Assembly: GCA_045586685.1 (NCBI GenBank)
Contig: JAZNAU010000032.1
Coordinates: 13,115 to 77,114 of the forward strand
Reading direction: 5' to 3'
DNA: 64,000 bases
Source: Clostridia bacterium
GTDB lineage: Bacteria > Bacillota > Clostridia > HGM11514
Shown piece by piece: positions 19,763-29,540 of this stretch; position 1 is the first letter of the stretch; each line of letters begins with the position of its first letter. Made by a program: the position numbers and the translations under genes. Below the pieces are notes generated by a model. It searched no databases. It was not told the origin of the DNA and saw only the letters and a list, made by a program, of their open reading frames with translations.

Positions 19763-20179
19763 CTAAATATTTCCTCTTAATTGGTAGTTTTCGATAGTAA
19801 GTTGCTTGTTTTTCTCTTTTTCCTTTTCTAATTCTTCGACCAAGAATTTGATTCTTTCGTCTCTTTTGAATTCCTTGAATTCACTTTTTGAGAGGTTACT
19901 GACGGTAGCGACGGTATTCTTTAACTTGGTATTCTCTTCTTTCAGCTTATCCATTCGGGCCAGTTCCTTGTCTGCCGTTTCCAGTTGTCTTTGTAAGCAG
20001 CTTATTCTTTGTTCCTGTGTGACATATTCATTGAGTCTTGTCTCTTCCTGGTTTGATTCTATATAATCCTGAAGACACGTCATGCCCTCAAGGAATGCCT
20101 TCAATTCTTTCTCATTCCTTTTCCCTGTTGTTTCATACTCCTTCAGGAGTATTGTTTTTATATGGTTGAAATCAGTCAT
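19763..20179 (-). CDS. Coiled-coil protein, paralog of 60987..61388
   Basis: Both contain LQDYIESNQEETRLNEYV. Confidence 0.7.
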   Translation of the reverse strand: MTDFNHIKTILLKEYETTGKRNEKELKAFLEGMTCLQDYIESNQEETRLNEYVTQEQRISCLQRQLETADKELARMDKLKEENTKLKNTVATVSNLSKSEFKEFKRDERIKFLVEELEKEKEKNKQLTIENYQLRGNI

Positions 20180-20822
20180 TTTTTCTGTTGTTCTTATCCA
20201 CCAATTCCTTCTTTATCCGTTGGATGGTGGAAACGGATTTGTTTACCAGTTTGGCCACATTTCTAATGGAATATCCTCTATTGAGTAGGGTAATGGCTTC
20301 CCTGTATTCTTCCAGTTTCTTTTCCTTCGACTTTCTGCTTCCCGTTTTTCTCCCTAATTTCCCGCCTTTTTCTATATAGAGTTTTCTTCCGCTTTGTAGC
20401 CGGTCAACAATACCTTGCCATTCGATATTGGACAATTCAGCGAGTATGGTCGTGATGATCGAAGTAATGGGATTTATCCTTCCATCAGGAAGTAGCGTTT
20501 CCACATTGATATTTTGGATATAGACATTGATTCTGTTTTTATGCAGTTCTTCGATTGTCTTCAGAACTTCAAGTGTAGTTCTTCCCAATCTTGATATTTC
20601 CGTTACCAGTAACATGTCTGCCTGTTGCTCGATGCAGAAGGTTATACAGTTCTGAAGAACCTCCCTTTCTGAATTTCTCTTTTTCCCGGATATGTGTTCT
20701 TCAAAGCTGCCGATAATGGCATATCCCCGGCTGATGGCGAATCGTTCAAGTTCTGCCACCTGCCGTTGTGTAGATTGCCTGTTCCCTTGGGAACTGACAC
20801 GGGAATATAGGACTACATTCAT
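20172..20822 (-). CDS. Serine resolvase
   Basis: YSRVSS, TEISRLGR and a C-terminal HTH. Confidence 0.9.
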   Translation of the reverse strand: MNVVLYSRVSSQGNRQSTQRQVAELERFAISRGYAIIGSFEEHISGKKRNSEREVLQNCITFCIEQQADMLLVTEISRLGRTTLEVLKTIEELHKNRINVYIQNINVETLLPDGRINPITSIITTILAELSNIEWQGIVDRLQSGRKLYIEKGGKLGRKTGSRKSKEKKLEEYREAITLLNRGYSIRNVAKLVNKSVSTIQRIKKELVDKNNRKND

Positions 20823-20824
20823 TT

Positions 20825-21496
20825 TCAGAGATACTTTGCTATTGTATCCACCACTTTGTCTATTGTAGATAAAGAATCAGGAAGGTCTTCATCTATCCAG
20901 TTTAACAATTCCATTATTTTATCGTGCATTCCTGAAGCATAAGATAAATTCTTTCTACCATTGACAAAGCAGATGGGTTCATTATGATTTATTCTATTTC
21001 TGAATTCTCTAATCTCAATTATCCTTTTGTTGATATCGGTACGATCAATGTTTGCAGGTTTATTCTTAAATATGGATAAAGGAATACCGGATAAGACGGC
21101 ATATGGTTTCTTCTCAAACATGCTATTCCAGAATCCAAGATTCTGTTCTGCAATTATTCTTCCATGAGTGATTGCTATACCATTGTCTGTAAGTTTCTTT
21201 TCCGCCTTTGTTACTTCTCCTTTCATCCAATATTTGCTTCCAAGCCTACGGTCTTGCATGAACCCGTTCTTTTGATTGATAATCCATTCCTTATCATTAA
21301 AGTGAGCTGCTAAAGCATAGTGAAGTTGATTTCTCAAAATAACTTCAAATGAACCGAGGAGAGGATGAAAAGCCTGTGCCAATTCTAAATTGGCCTGATA
21401 TAATTCCATAGCTCTTTGTTTGTTTTTTCCTACAGCCCGGAAATATTTGTTTATTCTTTGATAAGAATAAAATCTTATAAATTTTCTGTAATTCAT
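20825..21496 (-). CDS. Abi-like (AbiD/AbiF family) HEPN nuclease
   Basis: FEVILRN, GFWNSMF and the RxxxxH motif RNRINHNEPI. Start taken at MNYRKF. Confidence 0.8.
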   Translation of the reverse strand: MNYRKFIRFYSYQRINKYFRAVGKNKQRAMELYQANLELAQAFHPLLGSFEVILRNQLHYALAAHFNDKEWIINQKNGFMQDRRLGSKYWMKGEVTKAEKKLTDNGIAITHGRIIAEQNLGFWNSMFEKKPYAVLSGIPLSIFKNKPANIDRTDINKRIIEIREFRNRINHNEPICFVNGRKNLSYASGMHDKIMELLNWIDEDLPDSLSTIDKVVDTIAKYL

Positions 21497-21530
21497 TGTT
21501 TTTCCAAAAAATATTCCTACCTTTGTACCG

Positions 21531-21610
21531 TAATGCTTGGTTCCTCCTCTGTTATCAAGACATGAAACCAAGTTCAGGATATACCCATTCCATCAAGGAG
21601 TGGGTTTTTT
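21531..21610 (+). ncRNA. Candidate ~80-nt small RNA opposite the Abi leader
   Basis: -7 box TACCTTTG at 21518-21525, stem CTTGGTT/AACCAAG and terminator ACCCATTCC/GGAGTGGGT plus T-run. Confidence 0.5.
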
Positions 21611-21815
21611 ATTTACTGCAAAGATACTCTTTTTTGTTTATTCAGATGTTATTATTCCTTCTATTTCTATACATTCTTGTATCAAATTGTAAGTCAGATA
21701 GTTATTTGATTATTTAATATTTATGATAAAAATATGCTAATAATATTTGTTTTTGTCATTTATTATATTTAATTTTGTAGAAGATAGTAATAAAAAGAAA
21801 ATATAAGAAACAGAA

Positions 21816-22110
21816 ATGAATAATAGATTATAAAAACATATTAAAAACGTAGCCTAAATGTCCTTATTGATGTGGGGATTTTAGTATAGGAAGGGACTAT
21901 ACCATTCGGCTATTCGAATGACAGTCTCTTTTTTTGTACCTAAAATTTTAGTTCTTAAAACATATAATATTATGGATGTTCTCATGGTTATGATTGGCAT
22001 AATACAGATATGGATTATGCTGAAGAAGAATGAAAAGAAGGATTGACAATAACTTTGGGTATAATATATTCCGCCGCTATTTTTATGGAATTCCAAAGTT
22101 TGCAGATTTA
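21816..22110 (+). pseudogene. Possible degraded gene
   Basis: Lies between a promoter-like TTTG-N20-TAATTTTG (~21746-21777) and a terminator, but contains only short broken frames. Confidence 0.25.
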
Positions 22111-22141
22111 AAAAGGAACACCTGCCAGTGTTCCTTTTTTT
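22110..22141. terminator. Bidirectional terminator
   Basis: AAAAGGAACAC-CTGCCA-GTGTTCCTTTTTT, with the same stem as the terminator at 19051. Confidence 0.75.
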
Positions 22142-22801
22142 ATATATAAAAATAATAAGAGTTATAATATAACTCCACCGCTATTTGAGCCCATTTATCT
22201 ACAGCCAAATCCCGCAAAAATTACGGGCTTTCAAATATAGGGAAAATAATTTGATTGACGAAATAATAATAGAAAAAAATACAACCAAAATAAAAAATAT
22301 TCCCTATTCTCTTGAAAATAACTTTCCATTTATCTATATTTTATATAGACATTGATAGTGTCTTTAAAAATAATTTAAAAAACAATATTTGTAATGATTA
22401 AACTCTCATTGAAATGTTTGGATTTATTGGAAGTTAATTTCGAGTGTTCCGCGAATAACAGTAACGGAAACTCACAGGTTGTACCTGGTTCTTTTATAGA
22501 CAGGATTGTTTCATGGTCTCTCGCCATAGGAACCTTAATAGGAATATGGAAATGTATGATTATTCCAATGTTATAATTGATAATTTCTTTCCCTATTGTT
22601 GAAATGATTCCCGGTCGATGCGAAATATGAGTTGGAGAATTATGTATTATAGAATAGAGTGGGGGAGGAACGTTCTCCTCCCTTACCTTTTGTACCTATA
22701 AAAGTCAAAGATTAAAAATACAACAACAGGGAAGTGTATTTATTATATGTTTATAGATTTATTTGAATACACTTGTTTTTTGAATACAAATTGTAACATT
22801 T

Positions 22802-23224
22802 TCATTTCTTCTCTGCCATTTTTCGGGTTGCCTCTTTGACTTTCTCTGCTGCAGCTTTCATTTCATCCAAGAAGAAGTCAGGATTGAACCGAACTTTCCT
22901 GATTGAATCTTCCTCCGTTATCATTATGAATCTTTTTATGATTTCCATGTCAACGGGAATTCCTGAAGGAGTTACAAGCATTTCTTTCACATCTTCCGCT
23001 ATGGTTTCCTGATTGTTCTTCAGATGTTCAATAACATTGTTCCACCTTCTGCTTATTTCCTGGCTGGTAGAGCTGTTACCGGAAAATTCCACACGATCGA
23101 GGAGGGGAAGTATTGACTTGTACATTCTTTCCACCGTTCCTGGAATGCTGTCTCTTTTCTGGTTCTGTGAGTAAGCTGTTCCAAAATTCAGTACCAATAT
23201 AATAAAGGGTATAACTATTTTCAT
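22802..23224 (-). CDS. Secreted hypothetical protein
   Basis: 140 aa with a signal peptide. Confidence 0.65.
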   Translation of the reverse strand: MKIVIPFIILVLNFGTAYSQNQKRDSIPGTVERMYKSILPLLDRVEFSGNSSTSQEISRRWNNVIEHLKNNQETIAEDVKEMLVTPSGIPVDMEIIKRFIMITEEDSIRKVRFNPDFFLDEMKAAAEKVKEATRKMAEKK

Positions 23225-23550
23225 TTAAATGTCCTCCACATTTTAATTTGTAGTTCATCAACTTGTGCTTGAATCTCTACCCAATTATTAGTTCTGATAG
23301 CAGGCATAAAATGTAATTTTAATAAATCCCTGGTATATTCATATTTCATGAGTTTAGGTATGGTATTCTTTATATCGTCGCAAACTATCTTGGCTATTTC
23401 TTTTTCATTTATACTGATATTCATAAATGATAAATAATGTATTACTGCCTTCAAGAATGATATATGACTCATTTTCCAAAAGCCGGACATTCCAAGTGAC
23501 TGATAGAATTCAATCAGTGAGTCATCTTTTATTATAAATTTATTCTCCAT
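23221..23550 (-). CDS. Hypothetical protein
   Basis: In the topB operon. Start taken at MENKF. Confidence 0.55.
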   Translation of the reverse strand: MENKFIIKDDSLIEFYQSLGMSGFWKMSHISFLKAVIHYLSFMNISINEKEIAKIVCDDIKNTIPKLMKYEYTRDLLKLHFMPAIRTNNWVEIQAQVDELQIKMWRTFK

Positions 23551-23569
23551 ATATATTTTTTCCCTATTG

Positions 23570-25684
23570 TTAATTCCATTTGAATGTAAATTTCCCATCC
23601 TTACCCAATATCAGTTTTGCTTCAAAGAAATTTCCATCCTTATTCTTCAGTTTTACTTTTCCTTTGGTCTCTCCATTTTCAAGGATTTCCTTTAGATCCT
23701 TTTCGGTCAGTTTTCTCTGACATACTGTTCTCCAGAAGAAGAATCCACAATTTTCTTTGTCCTCACATCTGCACACCTTATCTGTGACAATAATTTTTCC
23801 TCCACATTTAGGGCACTCAAGCAGTAAGTCTTTTCCCTTTTCTTGTTTTACCATGGTGGATGTGATGCGGATGGCCAGCAGTTCTTCCGTACATTTTCTG
23901 GTGTAGTTCCTAATTTCTTCATTGAATCTTTCTACACCGATTTTGCCGGATTCAATCTTACCCAATGCGTTTTCCCACTTTCCGGTCAGTTCTACATTGG
24001 CAATCTGCATATCCTTTACTTTTTCATAAAGGGCCAGTCCTTTTTCTGTTGGCAAAAGAGTTTTCTTTTCCCGGACAACATATTTTGTGCGGAGAAGTTT
24101 TTCGATTGTTTCCGCTCTTGTAGCTGGTGTACCTATTCCTATATTTTTCAATGCTTCCCGTTCTTCTTCGTTCTCCAGTTCTTTCCCTGCCGTTTCCATC
24201 AATGCAAGGAGGGAGCTTTCTGTAAGCAAAGCCGGTGCTTTTGTCTTCTTATCCAAGACTTCCAGTTTCTCCAGTGGAATGATTTCATCCGTCTTCAATG
24301 AGGGTAATTGTGTATTCTCGTCTTCAGGAACATTGTTTTTCTCATTGAATACAGCTTTCCATCCGGGAACCTTTATAACACTACCTTTGGCTATAAAAAC
24401 GAAGTTATCCATTCCATCAGCGATGATATGGACGGTTGTAATGTCCTTTTCTTCTTTCGGTGATACCGTTTCAAGCATTCTTCCGAGAATCATTTCGTAT
24501 AATTTCCTTTCTCCTTCCGTCATTTCACCTTCTTTTGGTATGTTTTCCGTTGGTAACAGAGCGTGATGGTCGGTCACTTTGGATGCATTTACGGATATTT
24601 TTCCAAGAGATTTTCCATTCATGGACTTTGCATATACCGAAAATTTAGGATACAGTTCTGCATTCCTTATAAGTTCCGGCAAGGTATCATATACATCATC
24701 AGGAATGTATCTTGAACCTGTACGGGGATATGTTACCAATTTCTTTTCATAGAGAGATTGACAGAGTTTCAGCGTCATTTCAGCGGAGAATCCGTATTTG
24801 CTGTTCGCCTCTTTCTGAAGTGCTGTCAAGTCATACAATAGCGGTGGTATAGAATAGCCCGGTTTCTTCTCCACTTTGCAAACTTTGATATATGCCGCTT
24901 CTCCTATTGTTTTTAGCATCTCCAGTGCATCTTCCTTCAGTTTGAATTTGGTCTGGTTGAATGCACAGAATCGTATTCCAGTCTTGCTGCTTGTCAGCTT
25001 CAAAGTATGGAACGGTTCAGGAACGAAATTTCTGTTTTCAATGAACCTTCTGCATATCATGGAAAGGGTAGGGGTCTGTACCCTGCCCACTGACCATACA
25101 CTACCGTCATTCACATTGATGGTGGTTGCCCTTGTCCCGTTCATTCCGATAAGCCAGTCCGCTTCGGATCGTGCTTTACCTGCTGCGAAGAGATTGTCGT
25201 ATTCCGATATTGGTCTGAGATTTTCCATACCTTCCCGGATGGACTTGTCTGTTAGCGAAGAAATCCACAATCTTTTTACAGTGGCTTGTATTTTCGCTTG
25301 TTCCTGAACATATTCAAATATATATCTGAATATTAGTTCCCCTTCTCTTCCGGCATCAGTCGCAACGATTATCGTATCAGATTTTCTAAAAAGAGACGTG
25401 ATGGTTTTCAACTGCTTTTTATAGAGTGATTCAGTTTTCTTGTCTCTGCTTTCAATCGTTCTTGTTCTGAACTTGTCCGGCAAGATGGGTAGTTTTTCTT
25501 TTTCCCATTTACCTCCGTACCCATATACGTCCGGTGGAGCCAGTTCTATCAGATGACCGAATGCCCAAGTTATACAATACCCGTTTCCGGAAATGAATCC
25601 GTCTTCCCTTTTCCTTGCACCTACTACAGCGGCTATTCCTGCTGCTACGGAAGGTTTTTCTGCTATTATAGTTATCATAGTCAT
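23570..25684 (-). CDS. topB: Type IA DNA topoisomerase III
   Basis: AEKPSVA, ATDAGREGE, GRVQTPT, catalytic TYPRT, GIGTPATRA. Confidence 0.95.
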   Translation of the reverse strand: MTMITIIAEKPSVAAGIAAVVGARKREDGFISGNGYCITWAFGHLIELAPPDVYGYGGKWEKEKLPILPDKFRTRTIESRDKKTESLYKKQLKTITSLFRKSDTIIVATDAGREGELIFRYIFEYVQEQAKIQATVKRLWISSLTDKSIREGMENLRPISEYDNLFAAGKARSEADWLIGMNGTRATTINVNDGSVWSVGRVQTPTLSMICRRFIENRNFVPEPFHTLKLTSSKTGIRFCAFNQTKFKLKEDALEMLKTIGEAAYIKVCKVEKKPGYSIPPLLYDLTALQKEANSKYGFSAEMTLKLCQSLYEKKLVTYPRTGSRYIPDDVYDTLPELIRNAELYPKFSVYAKSMNGKSLGKISVNASKVTDHHALLPTENIPKEGEMTEGERKLYEMILGRMLETVSPKEEKDITTVHIIADGMDNFVFIAKGSVIKVPGWKAVFNEKNNVPEDENTQLPSLKTDEIIPLEKLEVLDKKTKAPALLTESSLLALMETAGKELENEEEREALKNIGIGTPATRAETIEKLLRTKYVVREKKTLLPTEKGLALYEKVKDMQIANVELTGKWENALGKIESGKIGVERFNEEIRNYTRKCTEELLAIRITSTMVKQEKGKDLLLECPKCGGKIIVTDKVCRCEDKENCGFFFWRTVCQRKLTEKDLKEILENGETKGKVKLKNKDGNFFEAKLILGKDGKFTFKWN

Positions 25685-26121
25685 TATTGCTTGTAGAAAT
25701 ATACGTCCATTAAGGCAGTTTCATTGCATGATGCTATGATATAGTCTGCCATGCTTCCTTTCATGTTATCTTCCAGTTTCTTTACTGAATCCTTGAAGTC
25801 CACTGCCTGTACAAGAACCATACATGGAGTTTTCTTTTCCTTACCGCTCTTTTCATCAAGAACAATGAACTGTAGTTTGAATTTGAACCACCTGTCCGCA
25901 TTAGTGTCTGCCGATTGGATGACCTCCGAATAATTGGCTCTTTTTATATCGGTCACATTGAATTCCCCTTTGATGAAAGGTGTTATTTCTTCGATGATTC
26001 TTCCTTCCGCTTCCGTAAAGCTGAAAGCGTCGACAAGATACGGTTCCGTCACTTTTTTTTCCACTCCGTTTTCCATTGTCTTTTCATATCGAATCTTACA
26101 TTCGAACCAATTCTTTGCCAT
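25684..26121 (-). CDS. DUF4494-family protein
   Basis: WFECKIRYEKTMENG..KKVTEPYLVDA.SFTEAE motif. Confidence 0.85.
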   Translation of the reverse strand: MAKNWFECKIRYEKTMENGVEKKVTEPYLVDAFSFTEAEGRIIEEITPFIKGEFNVTDIKRANYSEVIQSADTNADRWFKFKLQFIVLDEKSGKEKKTPCMVLVQAVDFKDSVKKLEDNMKGSMADYIIASCNETALMDVYFYKQ

Positions 26122-26242
26122 AATAGATAATATTTAATACTGAAAAGCCCTCTTGATATCCCATCAAAAGGGCTATTATAGTTTTTAAGTTTATAAATAA
26201 TCCTTTGCCGCTGCTGATAAATGACAAAGGAAATGCTCATTT

Positions 26243-26328
26243 GCAAATTTCGTTTGTGTTGTTATCAAAAAATTCACTTTTGGAAGAAAGGTGCAAAAAA
26301 AAGTCCTGTGATTCACATCACAGGACTT
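26243..26328 (-). repeat. ~85-bp terminator+promoter repeat, copy 2
   Basis: Near-identical to 3633-3717 and 61495-61579. Confidence 0.9.
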
Positions 26329-26371
26329 CCTTAACACCATGAAAAACATTATTTTTACAATAGGGAAAGGA

Positions 26372-26773
26372 CTATTTATGTGCTTCCCATTCAATCGTAA
26401 TTACCGCATCGAGTTTACCTGTCCCTTTACATATCTCACAACCGGCCCCATGACATGAACTGCACTGATGGTTCATAATGGTTATTTGTTCCTTATTGTT
26501 GTATTCAAGGAACATTGGTGGTGATATGACTATTATCGAATTGTTTCTTGACTTTCTATCTTTCCTCCTTATACCTTTGAATTTCATTTCCTTTTTTAAG
26601 AACAAAAGCATTTTTTCGGTTTCATGTCCGCTACGATGTTGTGCCTTAAGACACTGACTTTTATCCAATCCGGCTTCATGTATCAGATCGGCTGCCATCG
26701 CCGGTCTGTCCTGCACCAATACAAGATGTTGTACTGTAAACCATATTCCGTCAATAAACCGTTCCTTTTCCAT
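26372..26773 (-). CDS. Hypothetical protein with C-terminal Zn-finger-like motif
   Basis: CSSCHGAGCEICKGTG. Confidence 0.65.
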   Translation of the reverse strand: MEKERFIDGIWFTVQHLVLVQDRPAMAADLIHEAGLDKSQCLKAQHRSGHETEKMLLFLKKEMKFKGIRRKDRKSRNNSIIVISPPMFLEYNNKEQITIMNHQCSSCHGAGCEICKGTGKLDAVITIEWEAHK

Positions 26774-26795
26774 TAGAAAGTTCCTTTCCCTATTG

Positions 26796-27263
26796 TTATA
26801 AGTTGTGGTTTTGGCAGTGCATGGCCATATTATCCCTAAAATTCAAGAATGCTGTTGCTGTTTCCTCATTTTTAATGAATGAATTGTCTTCAAGCCATTC
26901 CTTCCATTCTTCAGAGAGTTCCTCCTGTCTTTCTATAAATTCGACGGTACTTATTTCTCCGTCCTGTAGCTGTTGTACAAGATTATCATATTCATCCATA
27001 TCATCATCTGTTCCTTTTTTCCCATATTGGTTGACATAGATGAATTTTTCAATATCATCTCCACAATCTATTATACCCTTGTCCATAATCCAATCATTCC
27101 TGTTTTGGAAGCTTCTGTATATTTTCCCGTCAGGGAATGACTCTATACAGTTCTGTAAGGTATTCACTAAATAACCGGCATCTTGTCCGCCTGTTTTGGC
27201 AAGGATTCTTTCAAAGACATCGATGTCAAAACATTTCTTGTTGAAGCATACTGCATGTACCAT
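26796..27263 (-). CDS. Hypothetical protein
   Basis: 155 aa with an acidic C-terminal half. In operon context. Confidence 0.6.
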   Translation of the reverse strand: MVHAVCFNKKCFDIDVFERILAKTGGQDAGYLVNTLQNCIESFPDGKIYRSFQNRNDWIMDKGIIDCGDDIEKFIYVNQYGKKGTDDDMDEYDNLVQQLQDGEISTVEFIERQEELSEEWKEWLEDNSFIKNEETATAFLNFRDNMAMHCQNHNL

Positions 27264-27283
27264 AATTCCTATTTTATAATATA

Positions 27284-27844
27284 CTACAAAGATATGGAAT
27301 TTGTTCCGAATCCGTAGATGGCTATATCCATTCCGAAGGACAAATCCATTTTTTTGAGCAAAGTTTCTATTTCCACTATTGATTTATCTCCTATATTCCT
27401 TGCCTTTTCCATTTCCCTTTTCCTGTATTTGACAATATCCGCCAATCTTTGTACACCAAGAGCTTTCAAAGAATTGTAGGTTCTTGTGGATAACACATCT
27501 TCAGGAAGTTCTTTTTCGAGAATTTTTCTTATCTTGTGACGGCTATTGTCTGCTTCGTGAATATTCCCGATTATATGACATTCTTCCCATACAGTGATTG
27601 AACCACATTCAAAGGACAGTCTTTCCTTGTTCCATCCGACAACATGACAATTACCATGGATATTTTCTATAATGTCCCCTTCATAAATACAGTTCTGACT
27701 GGCATCTTTTTTCCCTATATATCTACCTACTGTATTGAGGTCGATATCTTTCATGTCTACTGTTACCGGGGTGGTTCCAGTTATATGCCAATAGTTCCAT
27801 TCCCCGGTTTCGATATTTCTTCCCCTTAGTCTTATTTCTTCCAT
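27284..27844 (-). CDS. YopX-like domain fused to an RNA polymerase alpha-CTD-like domain
   Basis: TVGRYIGKKD..IYEGDII..IIGNIHE (YopX), then LSTRTYNSLKALGV..RNIGDKSIVEI..LSFGMDI (alpha-CTD). Confidence 0.75.
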   Translation of the reverse strand: MEEIRLRGRNIETGEWNYWHITGTTPVTVDMKDIDLNTVGRYIGKKDASQNCIYEGDIIENIHGNCHVVGWNKERLSFECGSITVWEECHIIGNIHEADNSRHKIRKILEKELPEDVLSTRTYNSLKALGVQRLADIVKYRKREMEKARNIGDKSIVEIETLLKKMDLSFGMDIAIYGFGTNSISL

Positions 27845-29511
27845 TACGCCGCCTCCTTCTTTCTTCTTTCGATAAGAATTTTAGCCAGGGCTTCACAAAG
27901 GGATTTTGCCATTGTAACCTCTACGGCATTTCCTATGAATTTCTTTTGGTCGGCCTGTGTTCCGACAAGAATATAGCCTTCGGGAAATCCCATTATCTTC
28001 TTCAGTTCCGGAACACTTAGCATTCTCATTGAAATATCAACGATGGAATATATAGCCATAAATTCCTTGATATTTTTCATCATGGGGCTGTCTGATTCAT
28101 AAATACAATACATATAACCTTCTTCAGTCGGAATGATGAAATCCGGCAGTTCGTTACCTTCCGTCTTTGTTTCAATGAGATATGGAGGCATTTTATCCAT
28201 TCTGGCAATAAGAGTGAAACAAGGGCTGTCCATGGATCCCCCTGCTGAGTTATATTGAGGATTCATCAGGAATCTCTTTACTGTAACCACTTTTTGTTTG
28301 GGAGTTGTAAGAATGGCAGGACAGGGAGTTTCAACGTCAGACAGCTGTCCACCTCCGGAATATTCATTGGCTATGAAACGGCAGGAAACTAAGGAATATC
28401 TGTCTTTAGTCAACAAAGTTGGACTGGGCAGGTTTATGTCTTTTCCACCATCCTTATAATTATAGGAACAAAGGAAGCGTAGGCCGACAAATGCATGATG
28501 GTCCTTGCATGTTATTGTTCCAGCCGGTGTATCAACAGATACATTCTTGCTCATCGGGTCACCACTGAACTGTTTTGAAAGGAATGATACCTTTGCAACC
28601 CCAAGCCGGTTCTGTGTAGCGATTGTTGGACATGGTTCTTCAATGGACGGAGGTATATGTTTCCCCGTCCTTGAATTAACGGAATTGTATTTGACTATGA
28701 AAGATTCCTTCCCGTCTGCTATGAACTTGATAAGTCCGGCATATATCCTTTCCAGCGTGGATTCTGCAAGCTGCTTTTTTCGTTTGAAGATACTTGTTCC
28801 TTCATCTTCAAAGTTAAGGCATTCGCTGACCGGTTTCCATTTCTTCGTCTTACCGAATATATCATTGTGTCCGTACTTACTATGTGTGGCTTCCGGGAAT
28901 GCTATCGGACAGCCCTTCCTTGCGAATACTCCGAAATATCTTTTTCGTGAAGTGTACGCCCCGTAATCCGCTGCATTCAATATACGGAAGTCAAAGTCAT
29001 ATCCATATCCTTTCACTTTATTTACCCACCGGAGGTAACATTTCCCCTTGTCCATAGATATAGGTTTCCCGTTACAGTCCACATCTCCCCACGCCATGAA
29101 CTCCTTCACGTTCTCAATCTGGATATAATCCGGTTCAATCGCTTCTATATAACGGAATAGATGTTCAGCTAATGTACGGCTATCCGCATCCCTTGGAAGC
29201 CCTCCTTTCGCCTTGCTGAAATTTGTGCATTCAAGGGAAGCCCAAAGAACAACCAATGCATCCGGATATTCATTTCTGCATTTTTCAAGATGTAAGACAA
29301 GCGGAGACAGTTCCAATGTCCGAATGTCTTCCGTGAAGTGCAGTGTTTCGGGATGGTTAGCCTTGTGGCTGGCAATGGCTTTGGCGTCATGGTTTACACA
29401 AGCGATAACTTTTGCACATTTATCACCTTCATAAAGGGCGTGTTCAACACCGGTTGAAGTGCCACCAGCACCACAAAACAAGTCTATATATAGCAGTCTT
29501 ATATTATTCAT
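27844..29511 (-). CDS. Orphan C5-cytosine DNA methyltransferase
   Basis: DLFCGAGG, LECTNFS, IENVKEF, R.R motif and IGNAV. No cognate restriction gene seen. Confidence 0.9.
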   Translation of the reverse strand: MNNIRLLYIDLFCGAGGTSTGVEHALYEGDKCAKVIACVNHDAKAIASHKANHPETLHFTEDIRTLELSPLVLHLEKCRNEYPDALVVLWASLECTNFSKAKGGLPRDADSRTLAEHLFRYIEAIEPDYIQIENVKEFMAWGDVDCNGKPISMDKGKCYLRWVNKVKGYGYDFDFRILNAADYGAYTSRKRYFGVFARKGCPIAFPEATHSKYGHNDIFGKTKKWKPVSECLNFEDEGTSIFKRKKQLAESTLERIYAGLIKFIADGKESFIVKYNSVNSRTGKHIPPSIEEPCPTIATQNRLGVAKVSFLSKQFSGDPMSKNVSVDTPAGTITCKDHHAFVGLRFLCSYNYKDGGKDINLPSPTLLTKDRYSLVSCRFIANEYSGGGQLSDVETPCPAILTTPKQKVVTVKRFLMNPQYNSAGGSMDSPCFTLIARMDKMPPYLIETKTEGNELPDFIIPTEEGYMYCIYESDSPMMKNIKEFMAIYSIVDISMRMLSVPELKKIMGFPEGYILVGTQADQKKFIGNAVEVTMAKSLCEALAKILIERRKKEAA

Positions 29512-29540
29512 AATGCCTTTTCATATTAGGAATGTGAAAC

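Noticed and set aside
22394-22576. 60-aa ORF
   Set aside because: No motif or clear expression signals, and competing short frames exist on the other strand.
27844-29511. Restriction-modification system
   Set aside because: No endonuclease or specificity gene is adjacent, so it is treated as an orphan methylase.
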